Below, piece after piece: positions 26,677 to 42,300 of a stretch of 64,000 nucleotides of DNA. This DNA is from Auanema rhodensis (taxonomy: Eukaryota > Animalia > Nematoda). The stretch's first letter is position 1; each line of letters opens with the position of its first letter. The position numbers were made by a program, and so were the translations under genes. The stretch lies in the NCBI GenBank assembly GCA_964057225.1, contig OZ059894.1, positions 22,196,001 through 22,260,000 on the forward strand. The letters run 5' to 3'. The notes beneath the pieces are model-generated. The model had not been told where the DNA came from and did not search any database. It saw nothing but the letters and a program-made list of their open reading frames with translations.

Positions 26677-29600
26677 AGCTTAAAAATGCACCGAGATATC
26701 AACTGATATAAGTTCACACTTATATCCTCGATTTTCACCCTGAAGAATTAATTTTTTCGTTGAATAACATTGTCTATCGTCTTTGCCTTGAAAAATGGAA
26801 TCTAAAAACATCTACTTTTTGCTAAATTATTTTGAAATTTTTCGAAAAAATTTTTGTCAAAATGTTTTTGGAAGCAATGTTGAGTGTACATGGAAACTCA
26901 ACATACACTAATGCATCATTTTTCAAACGAACATAACTAATTTTTTTATCAAGCGTTTCTCAATGTAGTATAGTGCATTCGATGCGGATTTTTAAGCTGC
27001 GTCGATCTGTGTTATCAAATTTGCGCTAGCTTAAAAATGCACCGAGATATCAACTGATATAAGTTCACACTTATATCCTCGATTTTCACCCTGAAGAATT
27101 AATTTTTTCGTTGAATAACATTGTCTATCGTCTTTGCCTTAAAAAAAGGAATCTAAAAACATCTACTTTTTGCTAAATTATTTTGAAATTTTTCGAAAAA
27201 ATTTTTGTCAAAATGTTTTTGGAAGCAATGTTGAGTGTACATGGAAACTCAACATACACTAATGCATCATTTTTCAAACGATTATAACTAATTTTTGTAT
27301 CAAGCGTTTCTCAATGTAGTATAGTGCATTCGATGCGGATTTTTAAGCTGCGTCGATCTGTGTTATCAGATTTGCGCTAGCTTAAAAATGCACCGAGATA
27401 TCAACTGATATAAGTTCACACTTATATCCTCGATTTTCACCCTGAAGAATTAATTTTTTCGTTGAATAACATTGTCTATCGTCTTTGCCTTGAAAAATGG
27501 AAACTAAAAACATCTACTTTTTGCTAAATTATTTTGAAATTTTTCGAAAAAATTTTTGTCAAAATGTTTTTGGAAGCAATGTTGAGTGTACATGGAAACT
27601 CAACATACACTAATGCATCATTTTTCAAACGATCATAACTAATTTTTGTATCAAGCGTTTGTTGATGTAGTATAGTGCATTCGATGCGGATTTTTAAGCT
27701 GCGTCGATCTGTGTTATCAGATTTGCGCTAGCTTAAAAATGCACCGAGATATCAACTGATATAAGTTCACACTTATATCCTCGATTTTCACCCTGAAGAA
27801 TTAATTTTTTCGTTGAATAACATTGTCCATCGTCTTTGCCTTAAAAAAAGGAATCTAAAAACATCTACTTTTTGCTAAATTATTTTGAAATTTTTCGAAA
27901 AAATTTTTGTCAAAATGTTTTTGGAAGCAATGTTGAGTGTACATGGAAACTCAACATACACTAATGCATCATTTTTCAAACGATTATAACTAATTTTTGT
28001 ATCAAGCGTTTCTCAATGTAGTATAGTGCATTCGATGCGGATTTTTAAGCTGCGTCGATCTGTGTTATCAGATTTGCGCTAGCTTAAAAATGCACCGAGA
28101 TATCAACTGATATAAGTTCACACTTATATCCTCGATTTTCACCCTGAAGAATTAATTTTTTCGTTGAATAACATTGTCCATCGTCTTTGCCTTAAAAACA
28201 GGAATCTAAAAACATCTACTTTTTGCTAAATTATTTTGAAATTTTTCGAAAAAATTTTTGTCAAAATGTTTTTGGAAGCAATGTTGAGTGTACATGGAAA
28301 CTCAACATACACTAATGCATCATTTTTCAAACGATCATAACTAATTTTTGTATCAAGCGTTTCTTGATGTAGTATAGTGCATTCGATGCGGATTTTTAAG
28401 CTGCGTCGATCTGTGTTATCAGATTTGCGCTAGCTTAAAAATGCACCGAGATATCAACTGATGTAAGTTCACACTTATATCCTCGATTTTCACCCTGAAG
28501 AATTAATTTTTTCGTTGAATAACATTGTCCATCGTCTTTGCCTTGAAAAAAGGAATCTAAAAACATCTACTTTTTGCTAAATTATTTTGAAATTTTTCGA
28601 AAAAATTTTTGTCAAAATGTTTTTGGAAGCAATGTTGAGTGTACATGGAAACTCAACATACACTAATGCATCATTTTTCAAACGATCATAACTAATTTTT
28701 GTATCAAACGTTTCTCAATGTAGTATAGTGCATTCAATGCGGATTTTTAAGCTGCGTCGATCTGTGTTATCAGATTTGCGCTAGCTTAAAAATGCACCGA
28801 GATATCAACTGATATAAGTTCACACTTATATCCTCGATTTTCACCCTGAAGAATTAATTTTTTCGTTGAATAACATTGTCCATCGTCTTTGCCTTGAAAA
28901 AAGGAATCTAAAAACATCTACTTTTTGCTGAATTATTTTGAAATTTTTCGAAAAAATTTTTGTCAAAATGTTTTTGGAAGCAATGTTGAGTGTACATGGA
29001 AACTCAACATACACTAATGCATCATTTTTCAAACGATCATAACTAATTTTTGTATCAAACGTTTCTCAATGTAGTATAGTGCATTCGATGCGGATTTTTA
29101 AGCTGCGTCGATCTGTGTTATCAGATTTGCGCTAGCTTAAAAATGCACCGAGATATCAACTGATATAAGTTCACACTTATATCCTCGATTTTCACCCTGA
29201 AGAATTAATTTTTTCGTTGAATAACATTGTCTATCGTCTTTGCCTTGAAAAATGGAATCTAAAAACATCTACTTTTTGCTAAATTATTTTGAAATTTTTC
29301 GAAAAAATTTTTGTCAAAATGTTTTTGGAAGCAATGTTGAGTGTACATGGAAACTCAACATACACTAATGCATCATTTTTCAAACGATCATAACTAATTT
29401 TTGTATTAAGCGTTTCTCAATGTAGTATAGTGCATTCGATGCGGATTTTTAAGCTGCGTCGATCTGTGTTATCCGATTTGCGCTAGCTTAAAAATGCACC
29501 GAGATATCAACTGATATAAGTTCACACTTATATCCTCGATTTTCACCCTGAAGAATTAATTTTTTCGTTGAATAACATTGTCTATCGTCTTTGCCTTGAA

Positions 29601-31239
29601 AAATGGAATCTAAAAACATCTACTTTTTGCTAAATTATTTTGAAATTTTTCGAAAAAATTTTTGTCAAAATGTTTTTGGAAGCAATGTTGAGTGTACATG
29701 GAAACTCAACATACACTAATGCATCATTTTTCAAACGAACATAACTAATTTTTTTATCAAGCGTTTCTCAATGTAGTATAGTGCATTCGATGCGGATTTT
29801 TAAGCTGCGTCGATCTGTGTTATCAAATTTGCGCTAGCTTAAAAATGCACCGAGATATCAACTGATATAAGTTCACACTTATATCCTCGATTTTCACCCT
29901 GAAGAATTAATTTTTTCGTTGAATAACATTGTCTATCGTCTTTGCCTTAAAAAAAGGAATCTAAAAACATCTACTTTTTGCTAAATTATTTTGAAATTTT
30001 TCGAAAAAATTTTTGTCAAAATGTTTTTGGAAGCAATGTTGAGTGTACATGGAAACTCAACATACACTAATGCATCATTTTTCAAACGATTATAACTAAT
30101 TTTTGTATCAAGCGTTTCTCAATGTAGTATAGTGCATTCGATGCGGATTTTTAAGCTGCGTCGATCTGTGTTATCAGATTTGCGCTAGCTTAAAAATGCA
30201 CCGAGATATCAACTGATATAAGTTCACACTTATATCCTCGATTTTCACCCTGAAGAATTAATTTTTTCGTTGAATAACATTGTCTATCGTCTTTGCCTTG
30301 AAAAATGGAAACTAAAAACATCTACTTTTTGCTAAATTATTTTGAAATTTTTCGAAAAAATTTTTGTCAAAATGTTTTTGGAAGCAATGTTGAGTGTACA
30401 TGGAAACTCAACATACACTAATGCATCATTTTTCAAACGATCATAACTAATTTTTGTATCAAGCGTTTGTTGATGTAGTATAGTGCATTCGATGCGGATT
30501 TTTAAGCTGCGTCGATCTGTGTTATCAGATTTGCGCTAGCTTAAAAATGCACCGAGATATCAACTGATATAAGTTCACACTTATATCCTCGATTTTCACC
30601 CTGAAGAATTAATTTTTTCGTTGAATAACATTGTCCATCGTCTTTGCCTTAAAAAAAGGAATCTAAAAACATCTACTTTTTGCTAAATTATTTTGAAATT
30701 TTTCGAAAAAATTTTTGTCAAAATGTTTTTGGAAGCAATGTTGAGTGTACATGGAAACTCAACATACACTAATGCATCATTTTTCAAACGATTATAACTA
30801 ATTTTTGTATCAAGCGTTTCTCAATGTAGTATAGTGCATTCGATGCGGATTTTTAAGCTGCGTCGATCTGTGTTATCAGATTTGCGCTAGCTTAAAAATG
30901 CACCGAGATATCAACTGATATAAGTTCACACTTATATCCTCGATTTTCACCCTGAAGAATTAATTTTTTCGTTGAATAACATTGTCCATCGTCTTTGCCT
31001 TAAAAACAGGAATCTAAAAACATCTACTTTTTGCTAAATTATTTTGAAATTTTTCGAAAAAATTTTTGTCAAAATGTTTTTGGAAGCAATGTTGAGTGTA
31101 CATGGAAACTCAACATACACTAATGCATCATTTTTCAAACGATCATAACTAATTTTTGTATCAAGCGTTTCTTGATGTAGTATAGTGCATTCGATGCGGA
31201 TTTTTAAGCTGCGTCGATCTGTGTTATCAGATTTGCGCT
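26677..31239. repeat. 5-monomer block repeated at 8-monomer (2808-bp) offset
   Basis: Private alleles GGAAACTAAAA (~27500, ~30308) and CGATTATAAC (two per block), plus GTTTGTTGAT, recur 2808 bp apart. Confidence 0.85.
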
Positions 31240-31399
31240 AGCTTAAAAATGCACCGAGATATCAACTGATATAAGTTCACACTTATATCCTCGATTTTCA
31301 CCCTGAAGAATTAATTTTTTCGTTGAATAACATTGTCCATCGTCTTTGCCTTAAAAAAAGGAATCTAAAAACATCTACTTTTTGCTGAATTATTTTGAA

Positions 31400-34300
31400 A
31401 TTTTTCGAAAAAATTTTTGTCAAAATGTTTTTGGAAGCAATGTTGAGTGTACATGGAAACTCAACATACACTAATGCATCATTTTTCAAACGATCAAAAC
31501 TAATTTTTGTATTAAGCGTTTCTCAATGTAGTATAGTGCATTCGATGCGGATTTTTAAGCTGCGTCGATCTGTGTTATCAGATTTGCGCTAGCTTAAAAA
31601 TGCACCGAGATATCAACTGATGTAAGTTCACACTTATATCCTCGATTTTCACCCTGAAGAATTAATTTTTTCGTTGAATAACATTGTCCATCGTCTTTGC
31701 CTTGAAAAAAGGAATCTAAAAACATCTACTTTTTGCTAAATTATTTTGAAATTTTTCGAAAAAATTTTTGTCAAAATGTTTTTGGAAGCAATGTTGAGTG
31801 TACATGGAAACTCAACATACACTAATGCATCATTTTTCAAACGATCATAACTAATTTTTGTATCAAACGTTTCTCAATGTAGTATAGTGCATTCAATGCG
31901 GATTTTTAAGCTGCGTCGATCTGTGTTATCAGATTTGCGCTAGCTTAAAAATGCACCGAGATATCAACTGATATAAGTTCACACTTATATCCTCGATTTT
32001 CACCCTGAAGAATTAATTTTTTCGTTGAATAACATTGTCCATCGTCTTTGCCTTGAAAAAAGGAATCTAAAAACATCTACTTTTTGCTGAATTATTTTGA
32101 AATTTTTCGAAAAAATTTTTGTCAAAATGTTTTTGGAAGCAATGTTGAGTGTACATGGAAACTCAACATACACTAATGCATCATTTTTCAAACGATCATA
32201 ACTAATTTTTGTATCAAACGTTTCTCAATGTAGTATAGTGCATTCGATGCGGATTTTTAAGCTGCGTCGATCTGTGTTATCAGATTTGCGCTAGCTTAAA
32301 AATGCACCGAGATATCAACTGATATAAGTTCACACTTATATCCTCGATTTTCACCCTGAAGAATTAATTTTTTCGTTGAATAACATTGTCCATCGTCTTT
32401 GCCTTGAAAAAAGGAATCTAGAAACATCTACTTTTTGCTGAATTATTTTGAAATTTTTCGAAAAAATTTTTGTCAAAATGTTTTTGGAAGCAATGTTGAG
32501 TGTACATGGAAACTCAACATACACTAATGCATCATTTTTCAAACGATCATAACTAATTTTTGTATTAAGCGTTTCTCAATGTAGTATAGTGCATTCGATG
32601 CGGATTTTTAAGCTGCGTCGATCTGTGTTATCCGATTTGCGCTAGCTTAAAAATGCACCGAGATATCAACTGATATAAGTTCACACTTATATCCTCGATT
32701 TTCACCCTGAAGAATTAATTTTTTCGTTGAATAACATTGTCTATCGTCTTTGCCTTGAAAAATGGAATCTAAAAACATCTACTTTTTGCTAAATTATTTT
32801 GAAATTTTTCGAAAAAATTTTTGTCAAAATGTTTTTGGAAGCAATGTTGAGTGTACATGGAAACTCAACATACACTAATGCATCATTTTTCAAACGATCA
32901 TAACTAATTTTTGTATCAAGCGTTTCTTGATGTAGTATAGTGCATTCGATGCGGATTTTTAAGCTGCGTCGATCTGTGTTATCAGATTTGCGCTAGCTTA
33001 AAAATGCACCGAGATATCAACTGATATAAGTTCACACTTATATCCTCGATTTTCACCCTGAAGAATTAATTTTTTCGTTGAATAACATTGTCCATCGTCT
33101 TTGCCTTAAAAACAGGAATCTAAAAACATCTACTTTTTGCTAAATTATTTTGAAATTTTTCGAAAAAATTTTTGTCAAAATGTTTTTGGAAGCAATGTTG
33201 AGTGTACATGGAAACTCAACATACACTAATGCATCATTTTTCAAACGATCATAACTAATTTTTGTATCAAGCGTTTCTTGATGTAGTATAGTGCATTCGA
33301 TGCGGATTTTTAAGCTGCGTCGATCTGTGTTATCAGATTTGCGCTAGCTTAAAAATGCACCGAGATATCAACTGATATAAGTTCACACTTATATCCTCGA
33401 TTTTCACCCTGAAGAATTAATTTTTTCGTTGAATAACATTGTCCATCGTCTTTGCCTTAAAAAAAGGAATCTAAAAACATCTACTTTTTGCTGAATTATT
33501 TTGAAATTTTTCGAAAAAATTTTTGTCAAAATGTTTTTGGAAGCAATGTTGAGTGTACATGGAAACTCAACATACACTAATGCATCATTTTTCAAACGAA
33601 CATAACTAATTTTTTTATCAAGCGTTTCTCAATGTAGTATAGTGCATTCGATGCGGATTTTTAAGCTGCGTCGATCTGTGTTATCAGATTTGCGCTAGCT
33701 TAAAAATGCACCGAGATATCAACTGATATAAGTTCACACTTATATCCTCGATTTTCACCCTGAAGAATTAATTTTTTCGTTGAATAACATTGTCCATCGT
33801 CTTTGCCTTGAAAAAAGGAATCTAGAAACATCTACTTTTTGCTGAATTATTTTGAAATTTTTCGAAAAAATTTTTGTCAAAATGTTTTTGGAAGCAATGT
33901 TGAGTGTACATGGAAACTCAACATACACTAATGCATCATTTTTCAAACGATCAAAACTAATTTTTGTATTAAGCGTTTCTCAATGTAGTATAGTGCATTC
34001 GATGCGGATTTTTAAGCTGCGTCGATCTGTGTTATCAGATTTGCGCTAGCTTAAAAATGCACCGAGATATCAACTGATGTAAGTTCACACTTATATCCTC
34101 GATTTTCACCCTGAAGAATTAATTTTTTCGTTGAATAACATTGTCCATCGTCTTTGCCTTGAAAAAAGGAATCTAAAAACATCTACTTTTTGCTAAATTA
34201 TTTTGAAATTTTTCGAAAAAATTTTTGTCAAAATGTTTTTGGAAGCAATGTTGAGTGTACATGGAAACTCAACATACACTAATGCATCATTTTTCAAACG

Positions 34301-36313
34301 ATCATAACTAATTTTTGTATCAAACGTTTCTCAATGTAGTATAGTGCATTCAATGCGGATTTTTAAGCTGCGTCGATCTGTGTTATCAGATTTGCGCTAG
34401 CTTAAAAATGCACCGAGATATCAACTGATATAAGTTCACACTTATATCCTCGATTTTCACCCTGAAGAATTAATTTTTTCGTTGAATAACATTGTCCATC
34501 GTCTTTGCCTTGAAAAAAGGAATCTAAAAACATCTACTTTTTGCTGAATTATTTTGAAATTTTTCGAAAAAATTTTTGTCAAAATGTTTTTGGAAGCAAT
34601 GTTGAGTGTACATGGAAACTCAACATACACTAATGCATCATTTTTCAAACGATCATAACTAATTTTTGTATCAAACGTTTCTCAATGTAGTATAGTGCAT
34701 TCGATGCGGATTTTTAAGCTGCGTCGATCTGTGTTATCAGATTTGCGCTAGCTTAAAAATGCACCGAGATATCAACTGATATAAGTTCACACTTATATCC
34801 TCGATTTTCACCCTGAAGAATTAATTTTTTCGTTGAATAACATTGTCCATCGTCTTTGCCTTGAAAAAAGGAATCTAGAAACATCTACTTTTTGCTGAAT
34901 TATTTTGAAATTTTTCGAAAAAATTTTTGTCAAAATGTTTTTGGAAGCAATGTTGAGTGTACATGGAAACTCAACATACACTAATGCATCATTTTTCAAA
35001 CGATCATAACTAATTTTTGTATTAAGCGTTTCTCAATGTAGTATAGTGCATTCGATGCGGATTTTTAAGCTGCGTCGATCTGTGTTATCCGATTTGCGCT
35101 AGCTTAAAAATGCACCGAGATATCAACTGATATAAGTTCACACTTATATCCTCGATTTTCACCCTGAAGAATTAATTTTTTCGTTGAATAACATTGTCTA
35201 TCGTCTTTGCCTTGAAAAATGGAATCTAAAAACATCTACTTTTTGCTAAATTATTTTGAAATTTTTCGAAAAAATTTTTGTCAAAATGTTTTTGGAAGCA
35301 ATGTTGAGTGTACATGGAAACTCAACATACACTAATGCATCATTTTTCAAACGATCATAACTAATTTTTGTATCAAGCGTTTCTTGATGTAGTATAGTGC
35401 ATTCGATGCGGATTTTTAAGCTGCGTCGATCTGAGTTATCAGATTTGCGCTAGCTTAAAAATGCACCGAGATATCAACTGATATAAGTTCACACTTATAT
35501 CCTCGATTTTCACCCTGAAGAATTAATTTTTTCGTTGAATAACATTGTCCATCGTCTTTGCCTTAAAAACAGGAATCTAAAAACATCTACTTTTTGCTAA
35601 ATTATTTTGAAATTTTTCGAAAAAATTTTTGTCAAAATGTTTTTGGAAGCAATGTTGAGTGTACATGGAAACTCAACATACACTAATGCATCATTTTTCA
35701 AACGATCATAACTAATTTTTGTATCAAGCGTTTCTTGATGTAGTATAGTGCATTCGATGCGGATTTTTAAGCTGCGTCGATCTGTGTTATCAGATTTGCG
35801 CTAGCTTAAAAATGCACCGAGATATCAACTGATATAAGTTCACACTTATATCCTCGATTTTCACCCTGAAGAATTAATTTTTTCGTTGAATAACATTGTC
35901 CATCGTCTTTGCCTTAAAAAAAGGAATCTAAAAACATCTACTTTTTGCTGAATTATTTTGAAATTTTTCGAAAAAATTTTTGTCAAAATGTTTTTGGAAG
36001 CAATGTTGAGTGTACATGGAAACTCAACATACACTAATGCATCATTTTTCAAACGAACATAACTAATTTTTTCATCAAGCGTTTCTCAATGTAGTATAGT
36101 GCATTCGATGCGGATTTTTAAGCTGCGTCGATCTGTGTTATCAGATTTGCGCTAGCTTAAAAATGCACCGAGATATCAACTGATATAAGTTCACACTTAT
36201 ATCCTCGATTTTCACCCTGAAGAATTAATTTTTTCGTTGAATAACATTGTCCATCGTCTTTGCCTTGAAAAAAGGAATCTAGAAACATCTACTTTTTGCT
36301 GAATTATTTTGAA
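31400..36313. repeat. 7-monomer (2457-bp) tandem duplication with mid-monomer breakpoint (limits approximate)
   Basis: ORF haplotypes 32000/32351/33404/33755 recur at 34457/34808/35861/36212; + ORFs at 31395 and 33852. Confidence 0.8.
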
Positions 36314-39300
36314 ATTTTTCGAAAAAATTTTTGTCAAAATGTTTTTGGAAGCAATGTTGAGTGTACATGGAAACTCAACATACACTAATGCATCATTTTT
36401 CAAACGAACATAACTAATTTTTTTATCAAGCGTTTCTCAATGTAGTATAGTGCATTCGATGCGGATTTTTAAGCTGCGTCGATCTGTGTTATCAAATTTG
36501 CGCTAGCTTAAAAATGCACCGAGATATCAACTGATATAAGTTCACACTTATATCCTCGATTTTCACCCTGAAGAATTAATTTTTTCGTTGAATAACATTG
36601 TCCATCGTCTTTGCCTTAAAAAAAGGAATCTAAAAACATCTACTTTTTGCTGAATTATTTTGAAATTTTTCGAAAAAATTTTTGTCAAAATGTTTTTGGA
36701 AGCAATGTTGAGTGTACATGGAAACTCAACATACACTAATGCATCATTTTTCAAACGAACATAACTAATTTTTTTATCAAGCGTTTCTCAATGTAGTATA
36801 GTGCATTCGATGCGGATTTTTAAGCTGCGTCGATCTGTGTTATCAAATTTGCGCTAGCTTAAAAATGCACCGAGATATCAACTGATATAAGTTCACACTT
36901 ATATCCTCGATTTTCACCCTGAAGAATTAATTTTTTCGTTGAATAACATTGTCCATCGTCTTTGCCTTAAAAAAAGGAATCTAAAAACATCTACTTTTTG
37001 CTGAATTATTTTGAAATTTTTCGAAAAAATTTTTGTCAAAATGTTTTTGGAAGCAATGTTGAGTGTACATGGAAACTCAACATACACTAATGCATCATTT
37101 TTCAAACGAACATAACTAATTTTTTTATCAAGCGTTTCTCAATGTAGTATAGTGCATTCGATGCGGATTTTTAAGCTGCGTCGATCTGTGTTATCAAATT
37201 TGCGCTAGCTTAAAAATGCACCGAGATATCAACTGATATAAGTTCACACTTATATCCTCGATTTTCACCCTGAAGAATTAATTTTTTCGTTGAATAACAT
37301 TGTCCATCGTCTTTGCCTTAAAAACAGGAATCTAAAAACATCTACTTTTTGCTAAATTATTTTGAAATTTTTCGAAAAAATTTTTGTCAAAATGTTTTTG
37401 GAAGCAATGTTGAGTGTACATGGAAACTCAACATACACTAATGCATCATTTTTCAAACGATCATAACTAATTTTTGTATCAAGCGTTTCTTGATGTAGTA
37501 TAGTGCATTCGATGCGGATTTTTAAGCTGCGTCGATCTGTGTTATCAGATTTGCGCTAGCTTAAAAATGCACCGAGATATCAACTGATATAAGTTCACAC
37601 TTATATCCTCGATTTTCACCCTGAAGAATTAATTTTTTCGTTGAATAACATTGTCCATCGTCTTTGCCTTAAAAAAAGGAATCTAAAAACATCTACTTTT
37701 TGCTGAATTATTTTGAAATTTTTCGAAAAAATTGTTGTCAAAATGTTTTTGGAAGCAATGTTGAGTGTACATGGAAACTCAACATACACTAATGCATCAT
37801 TTTTCAAACGAACATAACTAATTTTTTTATCAAGCGTTTCTCAATGTAGTATAGTGCATTCGATGCGGATTTTTAAGCTGCGTCGATCTGTGTTATCAGA
37901 TTTGCGCTAGCTTAAAAATGCACCGAGATATCAACTGATATAAGTTCACACTTATATCCTCGATTTTCACCCTGAAGAATTAATTTTTTCGTTGAATAAC
38001 ATTGTCCATCGTCTTTGCCTTGAAAAAAGGAATCTAGAAACATCTACTTTTTGCTGAATTATTTTGAAATTTTTCGAAAAAATTTTTGTCAAAATGTTTT
38101 TGGAAGCAATGTTGAGTGTACATGGAAACTCAACATACACTAATGCATCATTTTTCAAACGATCATAACTAATTTTTGTATTAAGCGTTTCTCAATGTAG
38201 TATAGTGCATTCGATGCGGATTTTTAAGCTGCGTCGATCTGTGTTATCCGATTTGCGCTAGCTTAAAAATGCACCGAGATATCAACTGATATAAGTTCAC
38301 ACTTATATCCTCGATTTTCACCCTGAAGAATTAATTTTTTCGTTGAATAACATTGTCTATCGTCTTTGCCTTGAAAAATGGAATCTAAAAACATCTACTT
38401 TTTGCTAAATTATTTTGAAATTTTTCGAAAAAATTTTTGTCAAAATGTTTTTGGAAGCAATGTTGAGTGTACATGGAAACTCAACATACACTAATGCATC
38501 ATTTTTCAAACGATCATAACTAATTTTTGTATCAAGCGTTTCTTGATGTAGTATAGTGCATTCGATGCGGATTTTTAAGCTGCGTCGATCTGTGTTATCA
38601 GATTTGCGCTAGCTTAAAAATGCACCGAGATATCAACTGATATAAGTTCACACTTATACCCTCGATTTTCACCCTGAAGAATTAATTTTTTCGTTGAATA
38701 ACATTGTCCATCGTCTTTGCCTTAAAAAAAGGAATCTAAAAACATCTACTTTTTGCTAAATTATTTTGAAATTTTTCGAAAAAATTTTTGTCAAAATGTT
38801 TTTGGAAGCAATGTTGAGTGTACATGGAAACTCAACATACACTAATGCATCATTTTTCAAACGAACATAACTAATTTTTTTATCAAGCGTTTCTCAATGT
38901 AGTATAGTGCATTCGATGCGGATTTTTAAGCTGCGTCGATCTGTGTTATCAAATTTGCGCTAGCTTAAAAATGCACCGAGATATCAACTGATATAAGTTC
39001 ACACTTATATCCTCGATTTTCACCCTGAAGAATTAATTTTTTCGTTGAATAACATTGTCCATCGTCTTTGCCTTAAAAAAAGGAATCTAAAAACATCTAC
39101 TTTTTGCTGAATTATTTTGAAATTTTTCGAAAAAATTTTTGTCAAAATGTTTTTGGAAGCAATGTTGAGTGTACATGGAAACTCAACATACACTAATGCA
39201 TCATTTTTCAAACGAACATAACTAATTTTTTTATCAAGCGTTTCTCAATATAGTATAGTGCATTCGATGCGGATTTTTAAGCTGCGTCGATCTGTGTTAT

Positions 39301-42300
39301 CAAATTTGCGCTAGCTTAAAAATGCACCGAGATATCAACTGATATAAGTTCACACTTATATCCTCGATTTTCACCCTGAAGAATTAATTTTTTCGTTGAA
39401 TAACATTGTCCATCGTCTTTGCCTTGAATACAGGAATCTAAAAACATCTACTTTTTGCTAAATTATTTTGAAATTTTTCGAAAAAATTTTTGTCAAAATG
39501 TTTTTGGAAGCAATGTTGAGTGTACATGGAAACTCAACATACACTAATGCATCATTTTTCAAACGATCATAACTAATTTTTGTATCAAGCGTTTCTTGAT
39601 GTAGTATAGTGCATTCGATGCGGATTTTTAAGCTGCGTTGATCTGTGTTATCAGATTTGCGCTAGCTTAAAAATGCACCGAGATATCAACTGATATAAGT
39701 TCACACTTATATCCTCGATTTTCACCCTGAAGAATTAATTTTTTCGTTGAATAACATTGTCCATCGTCTTTGCCTTAAAAAATGGAATCTTAAAACATCT
39801 ACTTTTTGCTAAATTATTTTGAAATTTTTCGAAAAAATTTTTGTCAAAATGTTTTTGGAAGCAATGTTGAGTGTACATGGAAACTCAACATACACTAATG
39901 CATCATTTTTCAAACGAACATAACTAATTTTTTTATCAAGCGTTTCTCAATGTAGTATAGTGCATTCGATGCGGATTTTTAAGCTGCGTCGATCTGTGTT
40001 ATCAAATTTGCGCTAGCTTAAAAATGCACCGAGATATCAACTGATATAAGTTCACACTTATATCCTCGATTTTCACCCTGAAGAATTAATTTTTTTGTTG
40101 AATAACATTGTCCATCGTCTTTGCCTTAAAAACAGGAATCTAAAAACATCTACTTTTCGCTAAATTATTTTGAAATTTTTCGAAAAAATTTTTGTCAAAA
40201 TGTTTTTGGAATCAATGTTGAGTGTACATGGAAACTCAACATACACTAATGCATCATTTTTCAAACGATCATAACTAATTTTTGTATTAAGCGTTTCTCA
40301 ATGTAGTATAGTGCATTCGATGCGGATTTTTAAGCTGCGTCGATCTGTGTTATCAGATTTGCGCTAGCTTAAAAATGCACCGAGATATCAACTGATGTAA
40401 GTTCACACTTATATCCTCGATTTTCACCCTGAAGAATTAATTTTTTCGTTGAATAACATTGTCCATCGTCTTTGCCTTGAAAAAAGGAATCTGAAAACAT
40501 CTACTTTTTGCTAAATTATTTTGAAATTTTTCGAAAAAATTTTTGTCAAAATGTTTTTGGAATCAATGTTGAGTGTACATGGAAACTCAACATACACTAA
40601 TGCATCATTTTTCAAACGATCATAACTAATTTTTGTATCAAACGTTTCTCAATGTAGTATAGTGCATTCGATGCGGATTTTTAAGCTGCGTCGATCTGTG
40701 TTATCAGATTTGCGCTAGCTTAAAAATGCACCGAGATATCAACTGATATAAGTTCACACTTATATCCTCGATTTTCACCCTGAAGAATTAATTTTTTCGT
40801 TGAATAACATTGTCCATCGTCTTTGCCTTGAAAAAAGGAATCTAAAAACATCTACTTTTTGCTGAATTATTTTGAAATTTTTCGAAAAAATTTTTGTCAA
40901 AATGTTTTTGGAAGCAATGTTGAGTGTACATGGAAACTCAACATACACTAATGCATCATTTTTCAAACGATCATAACTAATTTTTGTATTAAGCGTTTCT
41001 CAATGTAGTATAGTGCATTCGATGCGGATTTTTAAGCTGCGTCGATCTGTGTTATCAGATTTGCGCTAGCTTAAAAATGCACCGAGATATCAACTGATAT
41101 AAGTTTACACTTATATCCTCGATTTTCACCCTGAAGAATTAATTTTTTCGTTGAATAACATTGTCCATCGTCTTTGCCTTGAAAAATGGAATCTAAAAAC
41201 ATCTACTTTTTGCTAAATTATTTTGAAATTTTTCGAAAAAATTTTTGTCAAAATGTTTTTGGAAGCAATGTTGAGTGTACATGGAAACTCAACACACACT
41301 AATGCATCATTTTTCAAACGATCATAACTAATTTGTGTATTAAGCGTTTCTCAATGTAGTATAGTGCATTCGATGCGGATTTTTAAGCTGCGTCGATCTG
41401 TGTTATCAGATTTGCGCTAGCTCAAAAATGCACCGAGATATCAACTGATATAAGTTCACACTTATATCCTCGATTTTCACCCTGAAGAATTAATTTTTTC
41501 GTTGAATAACATTGTCCATCGTCTTTGCCTTGAAAAAAGGAATCTAAAAACATCTACTTTTTGCTGAATTATTTTGAAATTTTTCGAAAAAATTTTTGTC
41601 AAAATGTTTTTGGAAGCAATGTTGAGTGTACATGGAAACTCAACATACACTAATGCATCATTTTTCAAACGATCATAACTAATTTTTGTATCAAACGTTT
41701 CTCAATGTAGTATAGTGCATTCGATGCGGATTTTTAAGCTGCGTCGATCTGTGTTATCAGATTTGCGCTAGCTTAAAAATGCACCGAGATATCAACTGAT
41801 ATAAGTTTACACTTATATCCTCGATTTTCACCCTGAAGAATTAATTTTTTCGTTGAATAACATTGTCCATCGTCTTTGCCTTGAAAAATGGAATCTAAAA
41901 ACATCTACTTTTTGCTAAATTATTTTGAAATTTTTCGAAAAAATTTTTGTCAAAATGTTTTTGGAAGCAATGTTGAGTGTACATGGAAACTCAACACACA
42001 CTAATGCATCATTTTTCAAACGATCATAACTAATTTGTGTATTAAGCGTTTCTCAATGTAGTATAGTGCATTCGATGCGGATTTTTAAGCTGCGTCGATC
42101 TGTGTTATCAGATTTGCGCTAGCTCAAAAATGCACCGAGATATCAACTGATATAAGTTCACACTTATATCCTCGATTTTCACCCTGAAGAATTAATTTTT
42201 TCGTTGAATAACATTGTCCATCGTCTTTGCCTTGGAAAAAGGAATCTAAAAACATCTACTTTTTGCTGAATTATTCTGAAATTTTTCGAAAAAATTTTTG

